In this document: positions 23,321-31,956 of the stretch, piece by piece
How the letters are laid out: each line of letters starts with the position of its first letter
Numbering within the stretch: position 1 is the first letter of the stretch
Source: Candidatus Moraniibacteriota bacterium
GTDB lineage: Bacteria; Patescibacteriota; Minisyncoccia; Moranbacterales; UBA9337
NCBI GenBank assembly: GCA_034007405.1
Contig: JAVEQZ010000001.1
Span: 1 to 33,538 of the forward strand
DNA: 33,538 nucleotides
Direction: 5' to 3'
Translations under genes and position numbers: made by a program
Notes under the pieces: model-generated
The model's database searches: none
Told to the model about the DNA's origin: nothing
What the model saw: only the letters and a program-made list of their open reading frames with translations

Positions 23321-25777
23321 TTAAATCTGCCACTTGTCTCTCTCTTCCTGACTCACCTCTTCGGTTTTAGACGAAGATTCTTCTGCTGTCTCCCTCTCAC
23401 TTTCACCTACCAAAACTTCCCTTGGCTTAGCACCTTCACCCGGACCGACCATGCCATCTCTCTCCAAATAATCCAACAAACGCGCCGCTCGATTGTAACC
23501 GATCCTAAACCTGCGCTGAAAAAGAGAGGCTGAGGCCTTTCGACTCTCCAAAACAAATTCCTTAACTTCTTCATAAAGACTATCCTCCGCTTCTTCGCCC
23601 CCGTCAATTGAAAAATCGACTTGACTCAAATCGGTTCCACTCTCTTCACTTTTATCAAGAGGCAACAAATCCTCAGTTTCTTCTATTTCCCCCTTTTTAC
23701 TTTCTCTGATTTCTTTTTCTTGATTAATAATATAACTCACCACTCTTTTAACTTCATTCTCGGAGACAAATGAATTTTGCAATCGCACCGGCTTGGGCGA
23801 GCTGCCCGCCAGAAACAATAAATCCCCTTTTCCCAAAAGCTTTTCCGCCCCCGGAGTATCGATTATGGTCCTTGAATCGATATAATTGTTTACATGCAAA
23901 GCGATCTTATTGGTAATATTGGCTTTTATTATACCGGTAATAATGTTGGCGCTCGGTCTCTGAGTAGAAATAATCAAATGAATTCCAACCGCTCTGGCTT
24001 TCTGTGCCAATCTGGCAATAACCGCCTCCACATCTTTTCCTTGAGACATCATCAAGTCGGCCAACTCATCTATAATAATCACAATGTAAGGCATTTTTAT
24101 CAAATCCTCTTTTATACTTTCGCCCGTATCGGGATCAACTGTTGTTTTCTTGAGACCTTTTTCCACTTCCTCATTATAAGAATCCAAATCTCGAGTACCC
24201 ACCGACTCCAATAATTTATATCGACGCTCCATTTCCTGCACCGCCCAGCGAAGCGCGTTGACTACCTGTTTATTATCAGTAATCACATTTGTGATTAAGT
24301 GAGGGATTTTATTATAAAGAGACAACTCCACTCTCTTGGGATCAACCAAAATCATCTTAAGATCTTCCGGTGAATTTTTAAAAAGCAACGACAAAATGAT
24401 TGAATTAACACAAACGCTCTTTCCCGTCCCGGTGGCTCCGGCAATCAAAAGATGGGGCATATCACCCAAGTCAGCCACCACAAATTTACCCTCGACATTT
24501 TTTCCTAAAGCCAAAGAAAGTTTTGATTCGCTCCGCCTGAACTCCTGACTCTCCAATGCTTCTTTCAATCTCACTTTAATCGGTTTTTTATTGGGAACCT
24601 CGATTCCGATTAATGATTTTCCGGGGATAGGAGCCTCGATTCTAATCGGATGAGCCGCCAAAGCCAAAGACAAATCGTCGCCAAAAGAAACAATCTTGCT
24701 AAGTTTTACCCCGACAGCCGGACGAAAACTATACTGTGTCACCGAAGGACCGACGATACAACCGTTATATTCCAATTCTATTCCGAAATTGGCAAAGGCA
24801 TCTTTGATAATATCGATTCGCTCCTCAATATTTCCGCCATCCGCTTCCCCCTCATAGTCGTCCAATAAAGTCAAAGAAGGTAAAATCCAATCCGAAACGG
24901 AAGGCTTTTTCTCTCTTTCCTTTTTCGGAGAAACCTTTTCTATTTTTTCAAAAGAAACATTTTTTATGTTATCTTCACCTTCGGTTTTTTTAGATTCAGC
25001 ATCTCCCTCAGAATCATCTTCCTCACTTTCCAAATCGGACTCTTCTCCGATAAATTTGACATTTTTTATATTAAAATTCAAATCAGCCTCTTCGGTTTTT
25101 TCGACTTCTTCCGATTGAGAATCGGATTCATCTTCATTCTCGGAAACAACTTCCATTGTTGTCTTGTCTTCCATTACCACATTATTAATCCCCTCCTTGA
25201 TAGAATCCGAATTATTTTCCTTTTTAATTTTTTTCAAAAAATCCCAAAAAAACTCTACGATCGAAAAATTAAACGCCACCATTATTCCAATCGCTAAAAA
25301 TGAAATTAAAACTATAACTCCGACTATTTTGCCGGTTAACTTAATCAATCCCCAAGCGATCAAATAACCGATATAGCCCCCGCCTTCCCCGTTTTTGGCC
25401 ACCTCCAACAAAACACTCTGATCGTAAAAAATATGAAAAAATCCCAATAAGCTGAAAAAAGCGACCGTCAAACCGGCAATTTTAACCACATAAATAACCG
25501 TTTTTTTCTTGAAAAGCAATATCACCATCGCCAACAACAAAGCCAACGGAAACAACCATTTCCCCCAACCGAAGACAATTCCGGCAATCTTATTCAAAAA
25601 AACCCCGAAAGCTCCCCCGGCACCGAAAAAACCGAAAGAAAATAGCACCGCAAACAAAAATAAAAGCACAATAGTAATCCCTCGCTTAACGCTGTTTTTT
25701 AGATTTAAAGCAAACTCTATCTTTTTTTCTTGATTTTCGTCTTTTAGCTCTTTATTTTCTTTTGTTTTTCTTGACAT
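23321..25777 (-). CDS. ftsK: DNA translocase FtsK/SpoIIIE
   Basis: 818 aa. It has N-terminal TM helices and an acidic linker. The motor domain Walker A is GATGTGKS, and IIIDELADL is present. The C-terminal winged-helix gamma domain reads LFQRRFRIGYNRAARLLDYLERDGMVGP. Confidence 0.93.
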   Translation of the reverse strand: MSRKTKENKELKDENQEKKIEFALNLKNSVKRGITIVLLFLFAVLFSFGFFGAGGAFGVFLNKIAGIVFGWGKWLFPLALLLAMVILLFKKKTVIYVVKIAGLTVAFFSLLGFFHIFYDQSVLLEVAKNGEGGGYIGYLIAWGLIKLTGKIVGVIVLISFLAIGIMVAFNFSIVEFFWDFLKKIKKENNSDSIKEGINNVVMEDKTTMEVVSENEDESDSQSEEVEKTEEADLNFNIKNVKFIGEESDLESEEDDSEGDAESKKTEGEDNIKNVSFEKIEKVSPKKEREKKPSVSDWILPSLTLLDDYEGEADGGNIEERIDIIKDAFANFGIELEYNGCIVGPSVTQYSFRPAVGVKLSKIVSFGDDLSLALAAHPIRIEAPIPGKSLIGIEVPNKKPIKVRLKEALESQEFRRSESKLSLALGKNVEGKFVVADLGDMPHLLIAGATGTGKSVCVNSIILSLLFKNSPEDLKMILVDPKRVELSLYNKIPHLITNVITDNKQVVNALRWAVQEMERRYKLLESVGTRDLDSYNEEVEKGLKKTTVDPDTGESIKEDLIKMPYIVIIIDELADLMMSQGKDVEAVIARLAQKARAVGIHLIISTQRPSANIITGIIKANITNKIALHVNNYIDSRTIIDTPGAEKLLGKGDLLFLAGSSPKPVRLQNSFVSENEVKRVVSYIINQEKEIRESKKGEIEETEDLLPLDKSEESGTDLSQVDFSIDGGEEAEDSLYEEVKEFVLESRKASASLFQRRFRIGYNRAARLLDYLERDGMVGPGEGAKPREVLVGESERETAEESSSKTEEVSQEERDKWQI

Positions 25778-25804
25778 AATCCTTTTTTATTATTTTTGGA
25801 TTTT

Positions 25805-26983
25805 TTAAAATTCAACGGTCAGCTCAAGCTCTTCATCCCCCCTCAAAACCTTCAAAACCGCTGTAGAATCTTTCTCGTATTGACTGATAAAATTTGAAAG
25901 CGGATGAGCGGAATCAATTTCATTTCCGTCAATCGAAATTATGATATCATCGATTTTGAGACCGGCTTTCTCCGCCGGACTTTTGTCAATAATCGCCAAA
26001 CCCTGCTTGCCCGTAGCCGAATAAATCAAAGCTCCTCGATCAATTTTTAAATCTTTTAAAATCTTATAATAAGGATCCAGGGATAAATAATAAATTCCCA
26101 ATCTGGCGGTTTTATCCAAACGATTCTCACTTATCTTCTGCATCAAATCCTTGACAACATTGATAGGGATCTGAAAAAATTGATTTTCTCCGCCCCTGCT
26201 TGCAAACATATTGATACCCAAAAGCTCACCGCTATAGTTGATAATCGGACCGCCGGCATAATCCCGCCCTCCGACAGAATCCACCCGCAAAACTCCCTGT
26301 AACTTCTCCGAAGAAGCAACTTCCGTTCCGGTCAAACTGAATTTTTCGTCAAAACCGCTCAACACTCCGTCGGAAAGATAAATTTTTTGCAGACCGGAAA
26401 TCTCCCCTATCATTATAACTCTTTTTCCGAAATTTACCGCACTCGAATCAGCCATCGGCATCGTCGTTAAATTTGATCCCTCCGCCTTCAAAAAAGCCAA
26501 GTCGGTAAAATCATCCACCCCCAAAAGCTTGGCCTCCAGTATATTGCCTCCGTAAGTCAAAATCTTGTACTCAGCCTCTTCTTCAATAATATTAAACCGA
26601 CTGGTCACAATCAATCCGTCATTGGTCAAAATTGTTCCCGCTCCGCTTTTTCCTTGCTGAAATTTTTCTTCCTCATCGACAGTCAAAACTTTTTTGACAT
26701 TTTTATCCTCCGCTTCGACAGAAAAAGAAAAAACATCCACCACGGCGTAAATAGCGTTGGAAGAAACCTCCGTCACCGAATCACTCTCTCTAACCAAAAC
26801 CCGCTCGGTCTTATTTATGATAGTGGTGCTTTTATCATCATTTTTAAAAATTCCCATTTTGGCAAAAAAATCATTCCTAATCAAAATCGGAGTCAAATAT
26901 CGACCGAAAAAAAGACTGCCTATCCAACCGAAAGTCATCACAATAATCAAAATCGCAAATGTTTTTAAAATCTTTTTTTTCAT
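25805..26983 (-). CDS. HtrA/DegP-like trypsin-fold + PDZ protein with catalytic His and Ser apparently replaced (pseudoprotease?)
   Basis: 392 aa. It has an N-terminal TM helix, a trypsin-like core and a C-terminal PDZ domain (SPAEKAGLKIDDIIISIDGNEI). TSRFNI stands where TNxHV is expected, and DYAGGP where GNSGGP is expected. Confidence 0.8.
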   Translation of the reverse strand: MKKKILKTFAILIIVMTFGWIGSLFFGRYLTPILIRNDFFAKMGIFKNDDKSTTIINKTERVLVRESDSVTEVSSNAIYAVVDVFSFSVEAEDKNVKKVLTVDEEEKFQQGKSGAGTILTNDGLIVTSRFNIIEEEAEYKILTYGGNILEAKLLGVDDFTDLAFLKAEGSNLTTMPMADSSAVNFGKRVIMIGEISGLQKIYLSDGVLSGFDEKFSLTGTEVASSEKLQGVLRVDSVGGRDYAGGPIINYSGELLGINMFASRGGENQFFQIPINVVKDLMQKISENRLDKTARLGIYYLSLDPYYKILKDLKIDRGALIYSATGKQGLAIIDKSPAEKAGLKIDDIIISIDGNEIDSAHPLSNFISQYEKDSTAVLKVLRGDEELELTVEF

Positions 26984-27013
26984 ACTGAGTAATTAAACTT
27001 AAATAAATTAAAA

Positions 27014-27754
27014 TTAAATTTTTGTAAGCCAAGGAGAGCTATACAGAACGACCGCCGAGGTAAGCAGGAAAAAAATCAGATTGATAACCACTTTTCTAAT
27101 CGATAAAATATTCAAAAAATAATTTTGGGCGATATCCCAGATTATATAATAAAACATCAAGAGAATTACACCCGTAGTCAGATAGCCGAACGGCCAAAAA
27201 TTAACAATCCAAGCCATTTCCAAAGATACAAAGCCCAAAATCAAACTATATAAGGCGGCAATTTTTTTACGATTTTCTCCGATTAACAAGAAATATTGAT
27301 AACTCATCAAGCCGATATTCACAAAATAGAAAACCATTAGTGTCCAAGCGGAAACGTCAAAATTCAAATAAACTCCGTAAGTCGCCGTAAAAAACAAGAA
27401 AGCTACCGCCATCAGAGACATCGCTATTACAGCCTTGGCTGTTCGACTGTCCGGCTTGGACTTTATCCGATATATCCCGAAAATCAAAAAATAATTAACC
27501 AACCCGGCCAAAATAACAAAAATCCTCCTTTCAATATCATAATCGATAAGATGCAGAATTGTCCAAGCGGAGATAAAAAAAATCAACCCAATATACCAAC
27601 CGTCCCAAGTCTTGGCTGTTGGTCGAAAAGTCAAAAAGACATACACCAAAAAAACAAAAAACAAAAGCCAAAAAAAATTCCCGTAATAGGATATAAAACC
27701 CAGAATTAGGACGAAAAAAATAGATTGAAATATGGCGGGAAAATAAAAAAACAC
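27014..27754 (-). CDS. Polytopic integral membrane protein, function unknown
   Basis: 246 aa, extremely hydrophobic, with roughly 7-8 predicted helices by eye. No recognisable motif. Confidence 0.65.
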   Translation of the reverse strand: MFFYFPAIFQSIFFVLILGFISYYGNFFWLLFFVFLVYVFLTFRPTAKTWDGWYIGLIFFISAWTILHLIDYDIERRIFVILAGLVNYFLIFGIYRIKSKPDSRTAKAVIAMSLMAVAFLFFTATYGVYLNFDVSAWTLMVFYFVNIGLMSYQYFLLIGENRKKIAALYSLILGFVSLEMAWIVNFWPFGYLTTGVILLMFYYIIWDIAQNYFLNILSIRKVVINLIFFLLTSAVVLYSSPWLTKI

Positions 27755-27845
27755 AAAAAAATAAAAATTACCAATTTAAAAAATCCGCTTCTAAAAAACC
27801 TGACTAACTCACATACGCTGTTGAAAATTTTTAACCGGCTGGAAA

Positions 27846-28034
27846 CTATTCTTCAGTAGAAATAGCATTAACCGGACAAGCCTCCACAACTTCTTGACAA
27901 TTGCAATCTCCGCACTCCTCCGAAATAACCACTGACTTTCCCTTTTCGGGATCTATTTTAAAAACTCCGGGACAAACTGCTTCACAAGTTCCGCATCCGA
28001 TACACAAATTTTCATCTACTTTGGCTTTTGGCAT
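27846..28034 (-). CDS. Small ferredoxin (Cys-cluster protein)
   Basis: 62 aa. CIGCGTCEAVCP is present, plus the distal CGDCNCQEVVEACP. Confidence 0.8.
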   Translation of the reverse strand: MPKAKVDENLCIGCGTCEAVCPGVFKIDPEKGKSVVISEECGDCNCQEVVEACPVNAISTEE

Positions 28035-28242
28035 ACTTTTTTTCTGCTTTAAGGTGTTTTTTCACCCCAAAACATTAATATTAATTTTAAAAAATTATTT
28101 ATTAAACATTCGATGTTTTCCGACGAAAAACCTTTTAAAAAATTCCCCATCGGCATTTCAATAATATATTAGCACATTTTCAGACACAAGACCAGTTCCA
28201 TATATTAAAAAGGGTTTATTTTTTACAAAAAATTACCCTAAA

Positions 28243-29319
28243 TCAAAAAGTCATATAAGAATGATCTCCCTGAAAATTTTCCAAAGCCTTTTTTTCAAAT
28301 TCCTCCATGGATTTGTCCTTAAACTCCACCAGTCCGGTCTCTTTGTTCCAAACATAATCAGAAATTAAAACGCTAACCCCGGTCTCTTCTATTTTTTCAC
28401 TCAACCATAAGGCAAAAGATTTTTTTGGGAAAAATATTTGACTGATATTGTAAGTTTTTTCGCCATCCGCCTCTTTAATCTCATTTAGCTTGACAATATG
28501 ATAACCCAAACCGCTCTCCAACACATCGCTCGCTTTCCCGCTTTCCAACTTAATCACTCGATCCTTTATCTCTTTGGAGATCTGTTCCTCCTTAAACCAA
28601 CCCAATTTCCCTCCGGAATCGGAAGTATTTCCCTCGGAAACCTCCTTGGTCAGAGTTTCAAAATCCTCTCCGCTCTTCAATCTTTCCAGTATTTTTTCCG
28701 CCTTCTGCTTGGAAGACTCCTTTTTTTCTTTACCGTCGTTTTCTTCCAACCATTTCATCAACTCATCTTTATACAAATCGGGCTTAACCACCTTATTTTT
28801 GAAGTCATCCAATGACCAGCCGTAAAGATTTTTTAGGCTCTCTTTTACCTCCTTTTCATTGCCGGATTCATTTAACTCGCGCAAAAGTCTTTCGCTCACC
28901 ATTTTATCGCTAAGCGCTATCCCTCTGTCATGAGATAATTTTTCAATCATACGGTCCTCTATCATTTTGTTAATAAGCTCTTTTTCCCTTATTTTAAGCC
29001 TTTTTTTACCATCTTGAGTACTGAAATCGATTCGAATGCCCAGAGATGAAAAATCTTGTTTTTCGTAAAAACTCTTTATCGAAGCAAGATTATTGTTAAT
29101 CTCCCCGATTGAAATAGTTTCTTTTTTATCAATAATCACCGCCGGTAGAAAAATCCGCTCATCCAAATATTTTGGCAACGTAAAAGAATCCCCAAAACGA
29201 TAAATCGCAACAATCAAAACCGAGGAAACCAAAAATAAAAACAAAAAAATTCCTCCCACCAAAGTCGGCCATTTTATTTTTTTTATTTTATTTTTGAATA
29301 GTTCTTTTTCTTTACTCAT
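28243..29319 (-). CDS. Membrane-anchored PpiC/parvulin-type peptidyl-prolyl isomerase (PrsA/SurA-like)
   Basis: 358 aa. It has an N-terminal TM helix and a parvulin core: SDSGGKLGWFKEEQISKEIKDRV...SGLGYHIVKL. Confidence 0.8.
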   Translation of the reverse strand: MSKEKELFKNKIKKIKWPTLVGGIFLFLFLVSSVLIVAIYRFGDSFTLPKYLDERIFLPAVIIDKKETISIGEINNNLASIKSFYEKQDFSSLGIRIDFSTQDGKKRLKIREKELINKMIEDRMIEKLSHDRGIALSDKMVSERLLRELNESGNEKEVKESLKNLYGWSLDDFKNKVVKPDLYKDELMKWLEENDGKEKKESSKQKAEKILERLKSGEDFETLTKEVSEGNTSDSGGKLGWFKEEQISKEIKDRVIKLESGKASDVLESGLGYHIVKLNEIKEADGEKTYNISQIFFPKKSFALWLSEKIEETGVSVLISDYVWNKETGLVEFKDKSMEEFEKKALENFQGDHSYMTF

Positions 29320-29379
29320 TTTTTAAAACCCTGTCTTCTTGGAATAATATCCCACTTCTCTCTGTTAAAAACAAATTTC

Positions 29380-29769
29380 TTATTTCATTATGATTTCCCA
29401 CCATTTTTTATAATTGGGCTTCTCCGTTTCATCGCCGAAACTTTCCGTAGTCGTTTCTTCGCCAAGCGTTTTTTTGGAATTATCTTCTTTTTCCGCGTTG
29501 GGTTGAACCACCACCACCTTTTCACCTTTATTTCTAAGATTCAATCGATCCTTGGCCACACTTTCTTTGAAATGATCGGATTTCAGATATTCGATTTTCT
29601 CCCTCAAAAAATTATTTTCCGAATTTATTTTCTCCGCCTCAGTTCGCAAATTTTCAATTTCCGCTTCAATCATTTTTGAACGCCGAGCCTCTTTGATCGC
29701 CGGAACAGAAAAAAAAGCCACTCCTCCGGCTATTACCAAAAAAACTGCTATTGAAATAACAACGCGCAT
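29380..29769 (-). CDS. FtsB/DivIC-like septum formation initiator
   Basis: 129 aa. A single N-terminal TM helix is followed by a coiled coil: IEAEIENLRTEAEKINSENNFLREKIEYLKSD...AKDRLNL. Confidence 0.7.
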   Translation of the reverse strand: MRVVISIAVFLVIAGGVAFFSVPAIKEARRSKMIEAEIENLRTEAEKINSENNFLREKIEYLKSDHFKESVAKDRLNLRNKGEKVVVVQPNAEKEDNSKKTLGEETTTESFGDETEKPNYKKWWEIIMK

Positions 29770-29802
29770 TGAAGATAATTCTTAAAAAATTTTATTTATG
29801 TT

Positions 29803-29910
29803 TTAATATCCCGTAAAGGCCGGCAAAATCAAAAAACCGATCATTGACACAACCGCGATGACGGAAATAATTATCCAAATTATTCTGATTTTTTTTCTCA
29901 TTTTTCTCAT
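29803..29910 (-). CDS. Candidate 35-aa single-pass membrane micro-protein
   Basis: Hand translation: MRKMRKKIRIIWIIISVIAVVSMIGFLILPAFTGY. It has a basic N-terminus and one hydrophobic helix. The SD spacing fits the second Met (29901) better. Below the ORF-track cutoff. Confidence 0.35.
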   Translation of the reverse strand: MRKMRKKIRIIWIIISVIAVVSMIGFLILPAFTGY

Positions 29911-29933
29911 ATCCTTAATTTTAAACGATTTCC

Positions 29934-29979
29934 GACAAAAAAACAATAGCGCCGGAAAGGGCTGTTTACCCCTTCCGGC
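29934..29979 (-). terminator. GC-rich hairpin / possible terminator after the 40-aa ORF
   Basis: gccggaaaggg-ctgttta-ccccttccggc (one bulge). On the minus strand a ttttttt run follows after 7 nt. Confidence 0.4.
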
Positions 29980-29985
29980 TGAAAA

Positions 29986-30108
29986 CTAACAGAGCTTGGC
30001 CATCTCCTCCCTTTTTATCTTTTCATTTTTTTTATCAATCTTCTTCGCCAGAAAAAAGGCGATTGAGATTATTCCAAAAAAAATAGCCAAAAACGTTCCT
30101 ATTAACAT
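29986..30108 (-). CDS. Candidate 40-aa single-pass membrane micro-protein
   Basis: Hand translation: MLIGTFLAIFFGIISIAFFLAKKIDKKNEKIKREEMAKLC. A strong SD is present (GGAGGTgcggatATG). Below the ORF-track cutoff. Confidence 0.5.
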   Translation of the reverse strand: MLIGTFLAIFFGIISIAFFLAKKIDKKNEKIKREEMAKLC

Positions 30109-30175
30109 ATCCGCACCTCCTAATGATTGAGGAAGAAAAGATTAATTTTAACTGAAACACAAAAAAATATTTTTG

Positions 30176-31198
30176 TCAACAGATCCGCGGGATTAATTTG
30201 CCCCGCGGAGATTCAATTTTTCTCAAACTACCCAACTCCGTCCGGACAAAAACTCCTCGGCCCTTATCCACTTTTCCGATTACTCCGGCTTCTCGATTAA
30301 ATTTTCTGAGAATTTTAATAACTTTATCAATATTTTTTTCCGAAACCGAAGCGATAAAACGCCCTTCGGAAGCCAGGGAAAATTTGTCCAAACCCAAAAG
30401 CTCCGTCACCGCCACCACTTCTTTCTTGTAGGGCAAACTTTTTTCTTCCAAAATTATTTTAACTTTCGACTTATCGGCTATTTCATTCAGATTGGCGGCC
30501 AATCCGCCCCGTGTCGGATCCTTGCAAGCATTCAAAAATTTTCCCACTGTTTCCAATTCTTTGTTTAAGGGCTGGCAATCGCTCCTGATTTTGGTTTGAT
30601 AATTAAACCGCTGAGCCAAAAGCGTCACCGCGTGTTCCCCCAAATCTCCCGAGGAAATAATCAAATCTCCCGCTTTGGCTCCGCTGTTGGGAATTATCTT
30701 TTGCGCCAAACCTACTCCCGCCGTAGTGATGGCTATCTTATCAATTTTTCCTTTTTCGGTCACCTTGGTATCGCCGGTTACAACCGGCACGCCCGTTTTT
30801 TTTGAGACTGCTCCGATTGATTGCATTATTTTTTTTAAATCTTCCGCCGAAAAACCTTCTTCTATTACCAAACTCAAAGATATTCCGATCGGCTTGGCCC
30901 CCATTACTGCCAAATCATTAATCGTCCCGCAAATCGCAATTTTACCGATATCGCCTCCCGGGAAAAAAATCGGATCAACAATAAAAGCATCCGTGGTAAA
31001 AACCAATTTTTTTGCAAAAAAATCTGTCCCGAGCTCAATCGAGGAATCTCCCAATTCAAAACTCGCCCCATCATCTTCGATATTTTTCCACTTCGAAGAT
31101 TTGGGAAAATTTTTTCTGATATTCGAAATAATCTCCGCCGATTTCAATCCGCCTCCGCCCATATCTAATGTTATATTGCTATATTGTTTTATTGTCAT
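30176..31198 (-). CDS. hypE: Hydrogenase maturation protein HypE
   Basis: 340 aa with a PurM-like fold. The C-terminus ends ...GKLIPRIC, the conserved HypE PRIC motif carrying the carbamoyl/cyano Cys. Confidence 0.9.
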   Translation of the reverse strand: MTIKQYSNITLDMGGGGLKSAEIISNIRKNFPKSSKWKNIEDDGASFELGDSSIELGTDFFAKKLVFTTDAFIVDPIFFPGGDIGKIAICGTINDLAVMGAKPIGISLSLVIEEGFSAEDLKKIMQSIGAVSKKTGVPVVTGDTKVTEKGKIDKIAITTAGVGLAQKIIPNSGAKAGDLIISSGDLGEHAVTLLAQRFNYQTKIRSDCQPLNKELETVGKFLNACKDPTRGGLAANLNEIADKSKVKIILEEKSLPYKKEVVAVTELLGLDKFSLASEGRFIASVSEKNIDKVIKILRKFNREAGVIGKVDKGRGVFVRTELGSLRKIESPRGKLIPRIC

Positions 31199-31332
31199 AT
31201 CGTCTTTTTATCATAAAAATGATGCAAATTTAATACTTATACACGAATATGCAAATGTAATAAATGTTATTCTTTTGCTTCTGAATTAATTATTCTTTTT
31301 CTATATCATTTTTACACCTTAAATTCATCTTA

Positions 31333-31356
31333 TTGCCATATAAGGATATATGGCAA
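31333..31356. promoter_or_regulatory. Inverted repeat ttGCCATATA-agga-TATATGGCaa, copy 1 (candidate operator or RNA hairpin) upstream of hypE
   Basis: The 22-nt core tgccatataaggatatatggca is identical to 31835-31856. It has 9-bp arms (10 bp with the flanking t/a) and a 4-bp spacer. Confidence 0.6.
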
Positions 31357-31369
31357 TCTTTATAAATAT

Positions 31370-31783
31370 CTATAATCCAAATAAATCCTTAATAAATCGA
31401 TGATGGGCATATTTGTCCAGTGAACTTGTCGAGTAACGATAGCGCCTGGAGCTCTTTTCTTTTTTATCTTCGCCCACCAAGCATTTTTTTAGCCAAGTAA
31501 CGTTTTTCCCCTCGTTATTATACAGCCATTGCTCCACTCTCTGAATAGTATGACTGCTAGCTCCAACTTTTTCTCTTATATCCGAATAACTTTTTTTATT
31601 TAAAATCAACTTGGCAATCTGGATTCTTCTAGCCATCATCAATGCTTCGCTGGCTGTAAATAGTCCCAAAAGAAAATCGATTATTTCCTGTTTGGTTTTT
31701 AAACATTCAATAACTTCAAACATATCGTTTATTATTTCTTTCTTTTCTTTACTATCTATTTCGTGAGGTTTTATCTTGGACAT
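31370..31783 (-). CDS. TrpR-family YerC/YecD-like DNA-binding protein
   Basis: 137 aa. FLLGLFTASEALMMARRIQIAKLILNKKSYSDIREKVGASSHTIQRVEQWL matches the YerC/YecD (Trp repressor-like) HTH core closely. Confidence 0.75.
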   Translation of the reverse strand: MSKIKPHEIDSKEKKEIINDMFEVIECLKTKQEIIDFLLGLFTASEALMMARRIQIAKLILNKKSYSDIREKVGASSHTIQRVEQWLYNNEGKNVTWLKKCLVGEDKKEKSSRRYRYSTSSLDKYAHHRFIKDLFGL

Positions 31784-31833
31784 ATTTTTATTTTTTATCT
31801 CCGATTATTCATACATTCATATATTATCACAAA

Positions 31834-31857
31834 ATGCCATATAAGGATATATGGCAT
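31834..31857. promoter_or_regulatory. Inverted repeat aTGCCATATA-agga-TATATGGCAt, copy 2, upstream of the YerC-like gene and downstream of hypD
   Basis: It has the same 22-nt core as copy 1, in the same orientation. On the minus strand it starts 2 nt after a TATAAT and is followed by TTTTGTGATAAT, which reads as a T-run or as an extended -10. Confidence 0.6.
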
Positions 31858-31956
31858 TTATTATATTTCCAATTTAAATAGATTAAGTAGATAAGGTTTT
31901 ATCTGTTGATTACTTTTTGTAATCATTATTATATTACTACCAATAATACGAACAAT

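Noticed and set aside
31333-31857. The paired palindromes as a dif/Xer site or as IS terminal inverted repeats
   Set aside because: The arms are 9-10 bp with a 4-bp spacer, not the 11-6/8-11 Xer layout. The two copies are direct repeats of the same palindrome enclosing only a regulator, with no transposase or recombinase. No flanking target duplication is seen.
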